Assembly (NCBI GenBank): GCA_041665505.1
Contig: JBAYIR010000001.1
Span: 83,108-147,107 of the forward strand
Reading direction: 5' to 3'
From: Patescibacteria group bacterium
GTDB lineage: Bacteria; Patescibacteriota; Patescibacteriia; UBA1558; GWA2-36-10
DNA: 64,000 nt
Shown in pieces: positions 1 to 9,689 of this stretch. Both the position numbers and the translations under genes were made by a program. How positions within the stretch are numbered: the first letter of the stretch is position 1; each line of letters begins with the position of its first letter. Under the pieces are notes generated by a model. That model did not search any database. It was not told where the DNA came from and was given only the letters and a program-made list of their open reading frames with translations.

Positions 1-2
1 AT

Positions 3-959
3 CTAGATTATCTTAAACAAATTTTATCTACAGCCAATACATCCGCCGCTAGTTTGGATTTTTTAGCTATAACAAAAAAAGAAGATGCTGATTATTATTT
101 AAATGAAGAATTAAACAGTGTTATATCATTTGAGGGTAATTTTAAAAAAATAAGTAGTGAAGAGGTTTTAATGATAGGTACTGATTATATAGTGAAATCA
201 GGTGATAAATATATGGCGATTAGTTTTAATATGTTTACTGGTAATGAAACAGCCTATCAGACTGCTCTAGCTAAAGCTCAAGAAGTAATCAAGACTTTTT
301 CTCTTTCCGCTTCTCCTCACCAAACAGAAACTGTTGTTGAAGATACAGAAAAGCCTAAAGTGCCAGCAGAAGTTACAAAACAGCCAATATATGTTCCTCC
401 TGTTAAAGTTGGTAGTTTGGCCAATAGGCTCAAAGGACGCATTCTTTTACAAGTGGAGTCCCATGGTGAGGCTTGGTATGTGAAGCCAGAAACAGGTACA
501 AGAATGTATATGAAAGATGGAAGTGCTGCTTATGGTATGATGAGAGAGTTAGGTCTGGGCATTACCAACGCTGATCTAGCCAAAATCCCAGTTGGTCTTG
601 AGTCAAGATTTGAATGCCAAGATTCTGATAGTGACGAACTATGTGACAAATTAGAGCAAGGATTAGGTTCAGATCCTAGTGATAGTGACTCGGACAATGA
701 TGGCTATAATGATGGCACAGAGATTAACACCGACCATAATCCTTTAGGAGTAGGGAAAATGTCTTATAATAATACCTTAATTAATCGTTTGCAAGGTAAA
801 ATAGTTTTACAGGTAGAATCTCGTGGAGAAGCTTGGTATATAAATCCAGTTGATGGTAAAAGATACTATATGCCAGATGGACCATCAGCTTATCAGATTA
901 TGCGTTATCTTAGTTTGGGTATTACTAATAAAGATTTAGAATCAATATCTGCAGAATAA
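3..959 (+). CDS. Surface/exported protein, 5'-partial, with two G(R/K)I(L/V)LQVESxGEAWY repeats flanking a thrombospondin type-3-like Ca-binding DxDxDG motif
   Basis: Frame is open from the window start; repeats GRILLQVESHGEAWYV and GKIVLQVESRGEAWYI; DSDSDNDGYNDGTEI motif. Confidence 0.75.
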   Translation, partial: LDYLKQILSTANTSAASLDFLAITKKEDADYYLNEELNSVISFEGNFKKISSEEVLMIGTDYIVKSGDKYMAISFNMFTGNETAYQTALAKAQEVIKTFSLSASPHQTETVVEDTEKPKVPAEVTKQPIYVPPVKVGSLANRLKGRILLQVESHGEAWYVKPETGTRMYMKDGSAAYGMMRELGLGITNADLAKIPVGLESRFECQDSDSDELCDKLEQGLGSDPSDSDSDNDGYNDGTEINTDHNPLGVGKMSYNNTLINRLQGKIVLQVESRGEAWYINPVDGKRYYMPDGPSAYQIMRYLSLGITNKDLESISAE

Positions 960-995
960 TAGCAAACTTGGATAGTAGTTTTAAATATTTTAGGC

Positions 996-1026
996 AAATG
1001 CTCTTGGTCAAGGACCAAGAGCATTT
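996..1026. terminator. Bidirectional hairpin terminator
   Basis: aaatgctcttggtc-aag-gaccaagagcattt inverted repeat between convergent ORFs. Confidence 0.75.
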
Positions 1027-1053
1027 TATATGTGATCGTCTGGCTAGCTCCGT

Positions 1054-1158
1054 CTAGTGGCGAAGGCCTGCTCCCATTGTGATGGACAGGAGCAGAAAAC
1101 CAATGACCTTTGACGAAAGCCAGACTAAGGTGTATTTCCCAAATTTTTTGTGCGACAT
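1054..1158 (-). CDS. 34-aa hydrophobic orphan peptide (GC-enriched cassette 1)
   Basis: MSHKKFGKYTLVWLSSKVIGFLLLSITMGAGLRH; AAGGAGGA SD at 1165-1172; TTGACA(1264-1269)-N17-TAATAT promoter on the minus strand. Confidence 0.6.
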   Translation of the reverse strand: MSHKKFGKYTLVWLSSKVIGFLLLSITMGAGLRH

Positions 1159-1376
1159 GCTGTTTCCTCCTTGACTCGAGTAGCTGGCGGGTGGACAGTT
1201 GTTGGTGGCACAAATCAAATAATGAACGAAATAGTTATTTATTATATTATGATTATTTTTAGCTGTCAATAATTTTTTATATTAGGTCTATATTTATAGT
1301 TATAGATTGATTTCCAAAAATTATTTAAAAATGTTATAATACCCCTACAGTTTAATATTAAATTTTGCGTATTTGT

Positions 1377-1751
1377 ATGGTGAAAAATGACTATATAGTG
1401 AGTTTTTTGTTAATAATTGCCATAGTTTTTAGTATTATTTTTTATTTCAATGCTCGTCCACTAGTTAAGGACAAAAATGTCTTACAATATACCGCTGGTT
1501 GCAGTTCTGACAAAATAGATGCCTCAATTTATAGTTTGAGAGGGGATACTAGTTTGATCGGGGCTTTTATTAGTTTTGATAAAGTACCAATCGATGACAC
1601 TATCAGAGCAGAGTTGACCAAACTGGGAGTATTTTTAAGGGAGGACTCTTGGATATTTGATTATGTTTTGGCAGAAATTCCTACTGAGGCGCTGTGTAAT
1701 TTAGCTGATTATGATTTTGTGACGGGTGTTTTTATACCCCAAGAAAATTAA
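1377..1751 (+). CDS. Membrane-anchored hypothetical protein, possibly with a subtilisin-propeptide-like domain
   Basis: N-terminal TM segment; C-terminal pattern ELTKLGV...YVLAEIPTEALCNLADYDFVTGV; start codon uncertain. Confidence 0.55.
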   Translation: MVKNDYIVSFLLIIAIVFSIIFYFNARPLVKDKNVLQYTAGCSSDKIDASIYSLRGDTSLIGAFISFDKVPIDDTIRAELTKLGVFLREDSWIFDYVLAEIPTEALCNLADYDFVTGVFIPQEN

Positions 1752-1775
1752 TATTGATTTTTCAGAAATAGAAAT

Positions 1776-2939
1776 ATGAAATTAAAAACTATTGATCAAA
1801 TAAAAAATTTAGCTGGTCAGCGAGTATTGTTGCGTTTGGATCTCAATGTGCCTTTGGATGCTAAAGGCAATGTGGAACGTCATGGAGATTGGCGACTAGA
1901 TAGGTCAATTCCAACTATTAAATATTTATTAAAACATCAGGCCAAAGTTATTATTATGGCTCATTTGGGCAGGCCACATGGTCAGCCTGACCCCAAATTA
2001 TCACTGCTACTAGTTTCTAAAGCTTTAGCCAAAAAACTCGGTCAAAATATTGAATTTTGGGCTGATGATTTTAGAGATTATCAGGAAGATAGCCACAATC
2101 TAGCCAATGCCACAGTGGCTATGTTAGAAAATGTGCGTTTTGAGCCTCGTGAGAAGCTCAATTGTAAACGTCTAGCCAAGGCTATGGCCAAATTGGGTGA
2201 TATTTATGTTGATGATGCTTTTGGCAATATCCACCGCTTGGATTCTTCTATGGAGGCTATTACACATTATCTGCCATCTTACGCTGGATTTTTAATTAGA
2301 GATGAAGTAGCTTATTTGTCACAGATATTAAATATCAAAAGAGGCTTGGTGATTATTTTTGGTGGAGCCAAAGCAGCCAGCAAGATGCAGCTCATCAAAA
2401 AATTTAAAAATAAAGCGCAAGGCGTCTTACTAGGTGGAGCTTTGGCCAATGTCATGCTCAAAGCTAGTGGTTATCCAGTGGGCAAATCTTTAGTGGATAA
2501 AGAATCTATGCCAGTGGCCAAAGAATTGTTAAATACGGTTGTAGAAATGCCTGTGGATGTGGTGGTAGCTAGCGGATTAAAGTCTAAGACTAGAAAAATT
2601 GTAGCTGTCGCTAAAGTGGCTAAAAATGAAATGATTTTGGATATTGGTCCAGCCACTGTGGCTAGTTATATTACTTTACTCAAAAAAGCCCAGTTAGTTA
2701 TTTGGAATGGGCCTTTTGGTTATTTTGAAAATCCAATTTATATGCAAGCTTCTAAACAAATCATGCAAGCTCTAGCCAAATCAAAGACTAAAGTTATTTT
2801 GGGAGGCGGTGAAACAGTCGAGTTGGCTCAGAAATTAAAATTGGATAAGAAATTTCATTTTGTATCTACTGGTGGTGGAGCCATGCTGACTTTTTTATCA
2901 GGAGACAAACTGCCAGCCTTGGAAAGGTTAAAAAAATAA
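1776..2939 (+). CDS. pgk: Phosphoglycerate kinase
   Basis: RLDLNVP, HLGRP, LENVRF, WNGPFG, VSTGGGA motifs. Confidence 0.97.
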   Translation: MKLKTIDQIKNLAGQRVLLRLDLNVPLDAKGNVERHGDWRLDRSIPTIKYLLKHQAKVIIMAHLGRPHGQPDPKLSLLLVSKALAKKLGQNIEFWADDFRDYQEDSHNLANATVAMLENVRFEPREKLNCKRLAKAMAKLGDIYVDDAFGNIHRLDSSMEAITHYLPSYAGFLIRDEVAYLSQILNIKRGLVIIFGGAKAASKMQLIKKFKNKAQGVLLGGALANVMLKASGYPVGKSLVDKESMPVAKELLNTVVEMPVDVVVASGLKSKTRKIVAVAKVAKNEMILDIGPATVASYITLLKKAQLVIWNGPFGYFENPIYMQASKQIMQALAKSKTKVILGGGETVELAQKLKLDKKFHFVSTGGGAMLTFLSGDKLPALERLKK

Positions 2940-2941
2940 TA

Positions 2942-4225
2942 ATGCCGGATAAAATAAAAAAAATTACAGCTATAGAAATACTTGATTCGCGTGGTAATCC
3001 TACTATAGAAACAACAGTAGAACTGTCAAATGGCCTTTCCGCTAGTGCGGCTGTGCCATCTGGCGCTTCCACTGGTCGTTTTGAGGCATATGAATTAAGA
3101 GATGGAGATAAAGATAGATATGGCGGTCAGGGAGTACTCAAAGCGGTCGCCAATGTCAATAATATTTTAAATGAAGAATTAAGTGGTTTATCAGCTACAG
3201 AGCAGAGCAAAATTGATAATTTGATGATTAAGATTGATGGCACTAGCAACAAAAAAAAATTGGGCGCCAATGCTATTTTGTCTGTTTCTTTAGCTGTGGC
3301 TCAGGCGGCGGCCAAGTTTAATAACCTAGAGCTTTATCAGTATTTAAGAAGACTTTATGATCCTAAGTTAAAAAAATATAGCTTGCCGACGCCAGTGGTC
3401 AATGTCATAAATGGCGGTCGTCATGCTTCTACCAATATAAATATTCAAGAGTTTTGGTTAGCACCTGAAAAAACGCCTATTTTTTCCGAAAAATTACGTC
3501 AGGCTAGTGAAATATTTCATAAACTAGGGGAACTTTTAGAAGCGGCTGGCTATGATACTGATTTGGGTAATGAAGGTGGTTATGCTCCCAATGTCAAATC
3601 TCACAAACAAGTTTTTGAATTTATTATTCAAGCCATAGAATCTAGCGGCTATAAGGCCGGTCGTGATATATTTTTGGGAATTGATGCTGGGGCTTCAGAA
3701 TTTTATGATAATAAAAATAAAAAATATAACTTAGCTTTAGAAAAGCAGATAATGACGGATGATGAGTTAATAGATTTTTATTTTGATTTGATGGAAATTT
3801 ACCCTTTGACACTAATTGAAGATCCACTAGATCAAGAAGATTGGTCAGCTTGGGCTGATATTAGTAATGACGAGTTTATTAAAAAAAATAATATAAAAAT
3901 AATTGGTGATGATCTTTTTGTAACCAATATCGAACGTCTCAAAAAAGGAGTGTCTATGGGTGTAGCCAATAGTATTTTGATAAAACCCAACCAAATTGGC
4001 ACCTTGACTGAGACCTTAGCCACTATCCACTATGCCAAGGCTAATGGCTACAAAATTATAGTTTCTCATCGCAGTGGTGAAACACTAGATACTACGATTG
4101 CTGATTTAGCAGTAGCAGTCAATGCTGATTATATCAAAACTGGTTCCACAGCTAGAGGCGAGCGTATTGTCAAATACAACAGGTTATTAAAAATTGAACA
4201 AAAATTGTCTACACAGCAGCTTTAG
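2942..4225 (+). CDS. eno: Enolase
   Basis: EILDSRGNPT, VPSGASTG, GDDLFVTN, SHRSGET motifs. Confidence 0.98.
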   Translation: MPDKIKKITAIEILDSRGNPTIETTVELSNGLSASAAVPSGASTGRFEAYELRDGDKDRYGGQGVLKAVANVNNILNEELSGLSATEQSKIDNLMIKIDGTSNKKKLGANAILSVSLAVAQAAAKFNNLELYQYLRRLYDPKLKKYSLPTPVVNVINGGRHASTNINIQEFWLAPEKTPIFSEKLRQASEIFHKLGELLEAAGYDTDLGNEGGYAPNVKSHKQVFEFIIQAIESSGYKAGRDIFLGIDAGASEFYDNKNKKYNLALEKQIMTDDELIDFYFDLMEIYPLTLIEDPLDQEDWSAWADISNDEFIKKNNIKIIGDDLFVTNIERLKKGVSMGVANSILIKPNQIGTLTETLATIHYAKANGYKIIVSHRSGETLDTTIADLAVAVNADYIKTGSTARGERIVKYNRLLKIEQKLSTQQL

Positions 4226-4242
4226 AAATTAACAAATAATAT

Positions 4243-5805
4243 ATGTCAGATATAAATAAAAAAAATATGCCTTTGGCGCTTTTGATACTGGATGGTTGGG
4301 GTATTTGGAATAAAAAAGAAGGTAATGCCATAGCTCTAGCTCATACACCGGTTATAAATAATCTTTATGAAAAATATCCTAATACCTTACTACAGGCTTC
4401 GGAAAAATATGTTGGCTTACCAGCTAATCAGCCGGGTAATTCCGAGGCTGGGCATATGAATATTGGGGCGGGTCGAGTGATTGAGCAAGACGCGGTTATA
4501 ATTTCCAAGAGTATCAACAATGGCACTTTTTTTAAAAATCCAGCTTTTTTGCAAGCAGCTCATCACGTCAGTGAATATAATTCAGATGTCCATTTGATGG
4601 GGCTTTTGTCTGATGGTTCTAGCCCTCATTCGCACGATGATCATCTTTTATCATTGATTAGTTTTTTTCTTAGTCGGACCAAGCAAAATATTTATCTTCA
4701 TCTTTTTACAGATGGACGTGATTCGCCACCCTTTGCCGCTTTAAAAATTTTGAGTCAATATACTTCAATATTCAATAGCAATAGAGTAAAAATTGCTACT
4801 GTCATGGGGCGTTTTTATGCTATGGACAGAAAAAAATCTTGGCCTAGAACAAAATTAGCTTATGAGGCTTTGGTTATGGGGAAAGGTCATCAAGTTGAAA
4901 ATCCTATTGAAGCGGTAAATCAAGCTTATAATCGAGGGGAAAGTGATGAATATATTTTACCAACAGTCATAGTTGATAAAGATAAAAGTCCGATTGCTAC
5001 TATTAATAGTAATGATGCTTTAGTATTTTTTAATTTAAGATCAGATCGAGCTCGTCAATTGACCAAAATTTTTGGGCAAGAAGATTTTAACAAAAAAAAT
5101 CCAGGTTCATTTAAGTTGATCAAAAAAATTGAAAATTTATTATTTGTGGCTTTGACTGATTTTGGTCCAGATTTAGAAAGGGTGCTAACTGCTTATCCAG
5201 GTATTGATATTTCCGATACTTTACCCATGGCGCTTAAAGATATTAGACAGTGTTATATTGCGGAAACAGAAAAATATGCTCACGTTACTTATTTTTTTAA
5301 TGGTGGTTATGATCATCCAGTTGGTGGTGAAGATTGGGTCAATATTCCATCTAAAGATGTAGCTTCTTATGCCCAAAAACCAGAGATGAGTACTTTTGAA
5401 ATTGCGGAAGAGGTGATAAAATATGTTCAAGAGGATAAATACGATTTTATTATGGTCAATTTTGCTAGTCCAGATATGGTTGGACATACGGGAGATTTGG
5501 CAGCCGGAATAAAAGCAGTAGAATTTGTAGATAAGGCTGTCGGACAAATTATTGATGCTATTTTAGCTAAGCATGGTACTATAATTATTACTGCTGACCA
5601 TGGTAATGTGGAAGAAATGATTAACTTGGAGACCAAAGAAATTGATACTGAGCATTCCAAAAATCCAGTACCACTTATTATTGTTAGCCATGATAATTTT
5701 AAATTAGTGACTAATGGCCAATTAGCAAATATTGCTCCAACTATTTTAGATATTTTAGGCCTGCCTCAACCTAAATTAATGACTGATAAATCTTTAATTG
5801 TTTAA
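4243..5805 (+). CDS. gpmI: 2,3-bisphosphoglycerate-independent phosphoglycerate mutase, paralog 1
   Basis: LILDGWG, GNSEAGH, DGRD, AETEKYAHVT, DMVGHTG, TADHGN. Confidence 0.95.
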   Translation: MSDINKKNMPLALLILDGWGIWNKKEGNAIALAHTPVINNLYEKYPNTLLQASEKYVGLPANQPGNSEAGHMNIGAGRVIEQDAVIISKSINNGTFFKNPAFLQAAHHVSEYNSDVHLMGLLSDGSSPHSHDDHLLSLISFFLSRTKQNIYLHLFTDGRDSPPFAALKILSQYTSIFNSNRVKIATVMGRFYAMDRKKSWPRTKLAYEALVMGKGHQVENPIEAVNQAYNRGESDEYILPTVIVDKDKSPIATINSNDALVFFNLRSDRARQLTKIFGQEDFNKKNPGSFKLIKKIENLLFVALTDFGPDLERVLTAYPGIDISDTLPMALKDIRQCYIAETEKYAHVTYFFNGGYDHPVGGEDWVNIPSKDVASYAQKPEMSTFEIAEEVIKYVQEDKYDFIMVNFASPDMVGHTGDLAAGIKAVEFVDKAVGQIIDAILAKHGTIIITADHGNVEEMINLETKEIDTEHSKNPVPLIIVSHDNFKLVTNGQLANIAPTILDILGLPQPKLMTDKSLIV

Positions 5806-5811
5806 AACAAA

Positions 5812-7389
5812 ATGAAAAGACCTCGACCAGTAGTGCTTGTTATATTAGATGGTTTTGGTATTGCGCCTCCTTCGAGAGCCAATGCTATTTCTTTGGCTAA
5901 AACCTCAAACTTTGATAAGTATTCTCAAAATTATCCAATTATGCCACTAGCAGCTAGTGGTGAAGCAGTCGGCCTTTCTTGGGGCGAAATGGGTAATTCT
6001 CAAGTTGGTCATCTTTCTTTGGGTTCTGGGCTAATTCCTTATCAAAATTTGCCTCGTATCACCAAAGCTATTACTGACGGAGAATTTTATAAAAATGAAG
6101 CTTTTCTTAAAGCTTGTGATAATGCTAAAAAAAGCGAAGCGGCTTTGCATATTATTGGTTTAGTCAGCTCCGGTGGAGTGCATAGCTACAATGAGCATTT
6201 GTATTCGCTGATAGAATTAGCTCACCAGCAAAAAGTGGAGAGAATTTTTATCCATGCTTTTTTAGATGGCAGGGATACCCCTTATAATAGTGGTATTAAT
6301 TTTATTAGTAAGTTGCAAGAAAAATTAAAAAATATAGGGACTGGTACTATTGCTAGTTTGAGTGGTCGTTTTTGGGCTATGGATAGAGATAATCGTTGGG
6401 ATAGGGTAGAGAAAGCTTGGCGAGCTATGGTAGACGGAGTATCTGATGAGAAATTTGAAGATCCTTTAGGAGCTATTCAAAAATCTTATGATAAAAAAGT
6501 ATATGATGAGGAATTTGTGCCAACAATAATATTGAATGATTTGGGTAAGCCCAAAGGTCTTATCAAAGATGGTGATAGCGTGATATTTTTTAACTTTAGA
6601 TCAGACAGGGCCAGGCAGCTTACTCAGGCTTTGACTTTACCAGGTTTTGAAAAATTCAAAAGACAGTATTTTAAAAATTTGGTGATGGTCACTATGACCG
6701 AATACGAAAAAGATTTGCCAGTGACAGTAGCCTTTCCACCTTTGGTCATTGAGATGCCTTTGGCTAGAGTTTTGTCTGAAGCAGGATTAAAACAACTTCA
6801 TATTGCGGAAACAGAAAAATATGCTCACGTTACTTACTTTTTTAACGGTGGTCAGGAAAAAATTTATGAAGGAGAGGATAGGGTACTAGTGCCTTCACCA
6901 CAAGTGGTCTCTTATGATCAAAAACCAGCTATGTCATCTAGAGAGCTTACTTCCAAGATAAATCAAGCAGTTAAAGAAGGGCAATATGATTTTATTGTAG
7001 CCAATTATGCCAGTCCAGATATGGTTGGACATACCGGCAATATCCAAGCGACTATAGAGGCTATAGAAATATTGGATCAACTAATTGGCGAATTAGTAGA
7101 TACAGTTTTGTCATACAATGGTTTGGTGCTTATTACCGCTGACCATGGTAATGCCGAAAATCTTTATGACTTGCAGAGTGGTGAGATAAACAAAGAGCAT
7201 TCCAATAATCCAGTACCATTTTTTATTATCGGTGATGATTTTGCTGGCAAGAGTGTCTTAGCTGGTAATGTCGGGACCGATCTCAGTCACGTTACACCAG
7301 TTGGTGTTTTAGCTGATGTGCCACCAACTATACTCAAAATTATGGGTATCAAAAAACCACCAGAAATGACCGGTAGTTCTTTGATTTAA
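5812..7389 (+). CDS. gpmI: 2,3-bisphosphoglycerate-independent phosphoglycerate mutase, paralog 2
   Basis: VILDGFG, MGNSQVGH, DGRD, AETEKYAHVT, DMVGHTG, TADHGN. Confidence 0.95.
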   Translation: MKRPRPVVLVILDGFGIAPPSRANAISLAKTSNFDKYSQNYPIMPLAASGEAVGLSWGEMGNSQVGHLSLGSGLIPYQNLPRITKAITDGEFYKNEAFLKACDNAKKSEAALHIIGLVSSGGVHSYNEHLYSLIELAHQQKVERIFIHAFLDGRDTPYNSGINFISKLQEKLKNIGTGTIASLSGRFWAMDRDNRWDRVEKAWRAMVDGVSDEKFEDPLGAIQKSYDKKVYDEEFVPTIILNDLGKPKGLIKDGDSVIFFNFRSDRARQLTQALTLPGFEKFKRQYFKNLVMVTMTEYEKDLPVTVAFPPLVIEMPLARVLSEAGLKQLHIAETEKYAHVTYFFNGGQEKIYEGEDRVLVPSPQVVSYDQKPAMSSRELTSKINQAVKEGQYDFIVANYASPDMVGHTGNIQATIEAIEILDQLIGELVDTVLSYNGLVLITADHGNAENLYDLQSGEINKEHSNNPVPFFIIGDDFAGKSVLAGNVGTDLSHVTPVGVLADVPPTILKIMGIKKPPEMTGSSLI

Positions 7390-7391
7390 TT

Positions 7392-7826
7392 TTATAAACC
7401 GAGATTTATTAGTAGATAGCTAGTAACTATAGAGACTAAAAATCCTATTATTATTTCCATATTACTATGACCGAAACGTTCATTTAAAACAGGAAATTTG
7501 TATTCTTCTTTGTCTGGTAGTTTTTTAATGAGGTGATTGATGATAGCAGCTTGTTGGCCTAGTTTGCGTCTAATTCCAGCGGCATCTTTGACTATAACAA
7601 TAGCCATTATAAGCACAATAGCAAACTCTGGAGAATCCAAACCCCTAAAATAGCCCATAGTAATCAGCAGGGAAGTAGCCAAGGCAGTATGAGAAGATGG
7701 CATACCACCATAAGCAAAGATTTGAGACCAAGAAAACTGGCCTTTTATTAAGAAAATGATTACTTTTACGACTTGATTGATAAGTAAGGCTAGTATGGGG
7801 ATAAGAAAAAGTGTATATTCATTCAT
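7392..7826 (-). CDS. Divergent PAP2 family (DUF212) membrane protein
   Basis: GGMPSSH, DAAGIRR, GHS motifs. Confidence 0.9.
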   Translation of the reverse strand: MNEYTLFLIPILALLINQVVKVIIFLIKGQFSWSQIFAYGGMPSSHTALATSLLITMGYFRGLDSPEFAIVLIMAIVIVKDAAGIRRKLGQQAAIINHLIKKLPDKEEYKFPVLNERFGHSNMEIIIGFLVSIVTSYLLINLGL

Positions 7827-7886
7827 ATTTGATTTTTTAAATAGATTATTGTAAAGTCATTATAACAGAAAAATAAAGTAATTAAA

Positions 7887-8633
7887 ATGGAACTAACAGA
7901 AGTATTAATATTGAGTCTCGTACAAGGAATAACTGAATGGTTGCCTATTTCTAGTGATGGCCATTTGTTTTTGTTTGAGCATTGGTTTGATATCAAAGAA
8001 GCTTCTTTGTCTTTTGATGTGTTTTTACATCTAGCATCTTTGGTAGTTATTTTATTTTTCTTCCGTCGGCAGATTATAGAAATAATCAGAGCACCTTTTG
8101 ATAAACAAGAGCATTCCAAAAAAAATTGGTGGTGGCTGATAGTTGTCTCCAATATTTTTACAGCTGGTATTGGTTATTTTTTGTATCAAAGGATGGATTC
8201 TTTCCGAAATATTAACTCAGTGACCGATTGGATGATTATTACTTCTATTTTTTTATTAGCTAGTAAGTTTACCAAAGGAGAAAAGACTATTGGTTGGAAG
8301 CAGGCAATTATCTTGGGTATAGTGCAAGGTCTGGCTGTTTTACCTGGCTGGTCTAGAAGTGGCAGTGTGATTGCCATGGCTTTGATTTTAAAAATAAAAA
8401 AGACTCAGGCTTTTGAATATGGTTTTATAATGGTTATTCCAGCGATAGTTGGCTCATTTATATTGACCGTCAAAGATTTTTCTTTTGAAGCAATTTATAT
8501 TTTGGCTTTTGTTGCTACGGCTATAATTAGTTATTTATCTTTAGCTTTATTAAAGTTTATTATGAAGCGAGATTATTTTTATTTATTTTTTATCTACACA
8601 TTGCTTTTATCTTTAATTGTAAAATTAACCTAA
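7887..8633 (+). CDS. uppP: Undecaprenyl-diphosphate phosphatase
   Basis: VQGITEWLPISSDGH, PGWSRSG motifs. Confidence 0.93.
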   Translation: MELTEVLILSLVQGITEWLPISSDGHLFLFEHWFDIKEASLSFDVFLHLASLVVILFFFRRQIIEIIRAPFDKQEHSKKNWWWLIVVSNIFTAGIGYFLYQRMDSFRNINSVTDWMIITSIFLLASKFTKGEKTIGWKQAIILGIVQGLAVLPGWSRSGSVIAMALILKIKKTQAFEYGFIMVIPAIVGSFILTVKDFSFEAIYILAFVATAIISYLSLALLKFIMKRDYFYLFFIYTLLLSLIVKLT

Positions 8634-9689
8634 ATGCTTTATCCAGTCATATTATCAGGGGGAGTAGGTCAGAGGCTCTGGCCAGTGTCTAATCAAAATG
8701 ATCCCAAGCAGTTTAAAGCTTTTTTGGATGATAAGACATTATTACAAAATACTTACAATCGTTTACTTAGAGCTTTTGATAAAGAAAGTATTTTTTTGGT
8801 TACTGGGCTAAGTGGCTTTGATAGCGTCAAAGCGCAATTAGATATAGCTGAAAAAAATATTTTTATTGAGCCAAGTGGCAAAGGCACAGCTATAGCTATT
8901 GCTTTAGCGGCACTACGTCTGCAAAATGTTGATCCCGAAGCTAGCATAGTTACTATTTGTACGGATCATTTTGTAAAAGAAGAAGACAAATATCTTAAAA
9001 TAATAAAAAAAGCTGGAGAGATGCTAGCCAAACATCCAGATAGATTAATTGTTTTGGGTATCAAACCCAGCTATCCCGAGACAGGCTACGGCTATATAGA
9101 ATTAGCTGATACTATAGCCAAAGATGTTTATAATGTGAAATCTCTTCAGGAAAAACCAGATTTAAATACCGCCAAAAAGTATTTGGAGGCTGGTAATTAT
9201 TTGTGGAGTTCTAGTGTTTTTGTTTTTAAAGCTAAACAATTATTGGATTGGTATCAGCAATTTTTACCTGACTTATATCAAGCACTGATGCAGATAAAAG
9301 CTGATGATTCTAGAGAGAATATGGCCAAAGTTTATTCTCAAATAAAAAATATTTCTATTGACTATGGTTTGTTGGAAAAATTGACCAATATGTTGTGTCT
9401 TCCAGCCGAGGTGACTTGGGCTGACATTGGTCATTGGCGCTCTCTAAGAGACGTCTTAAAAAAAGATAATTCCAATGTTTCTAATACCAAAAATTTAGTG
9501 ACTATTGATAGTCATAATAATTTGTTATATAGTTTTAATAATAAGAAATTAGTCACAGCAGTGGGAGTAGAAGATATGATATTAGTTGAGACAGATGAAG
9601 CAATATTGCTCTGTCCAGCTGATAGAGCCCAAGATATCAAAATTTTGCTGGAGGAAATAAAAAAACAGGGTTTTGATAAATATTTATGA
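8634..9689 (+). CDS. manC: Mannose-1-phosphate guanylyltransferase
   Basis: ILSGGVGQRLWPVS, PETGYGYI, EKPD, ISIDYG, WADIGHW. Confidence 0.9.
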   Translation: MLYPVILSGGVGQRLWPVSNQNDPKQFKAFLDDKTLLQNTYNRLLRAFDKESIFLVTGLSGFDSVKAQLDIAEKNIFIEPSGKGTAIAIALAALRLQNVDPEASIVTICTDHFVKEEDKYLKIIKKAGEMLAKHPDRLIVLGIKPSYPETGYGYIELADTIAKDVYNVKSLQEKPDLNTAKKYLEAGNYLWSSSVFVFKAKQLLDWYQQFLPDLYQALMQIKADDSRENMAKVYSQIKNISIDYGLLEKLTNMLCLPAEVTWADIGHWRSLRDVLKKDNSNVSNTKNLVTIDSHNNLLYSFNNKKLVTAVGVEDMILVETDEAILLCPADRAQDIKILLEEIKKQGFDKYL

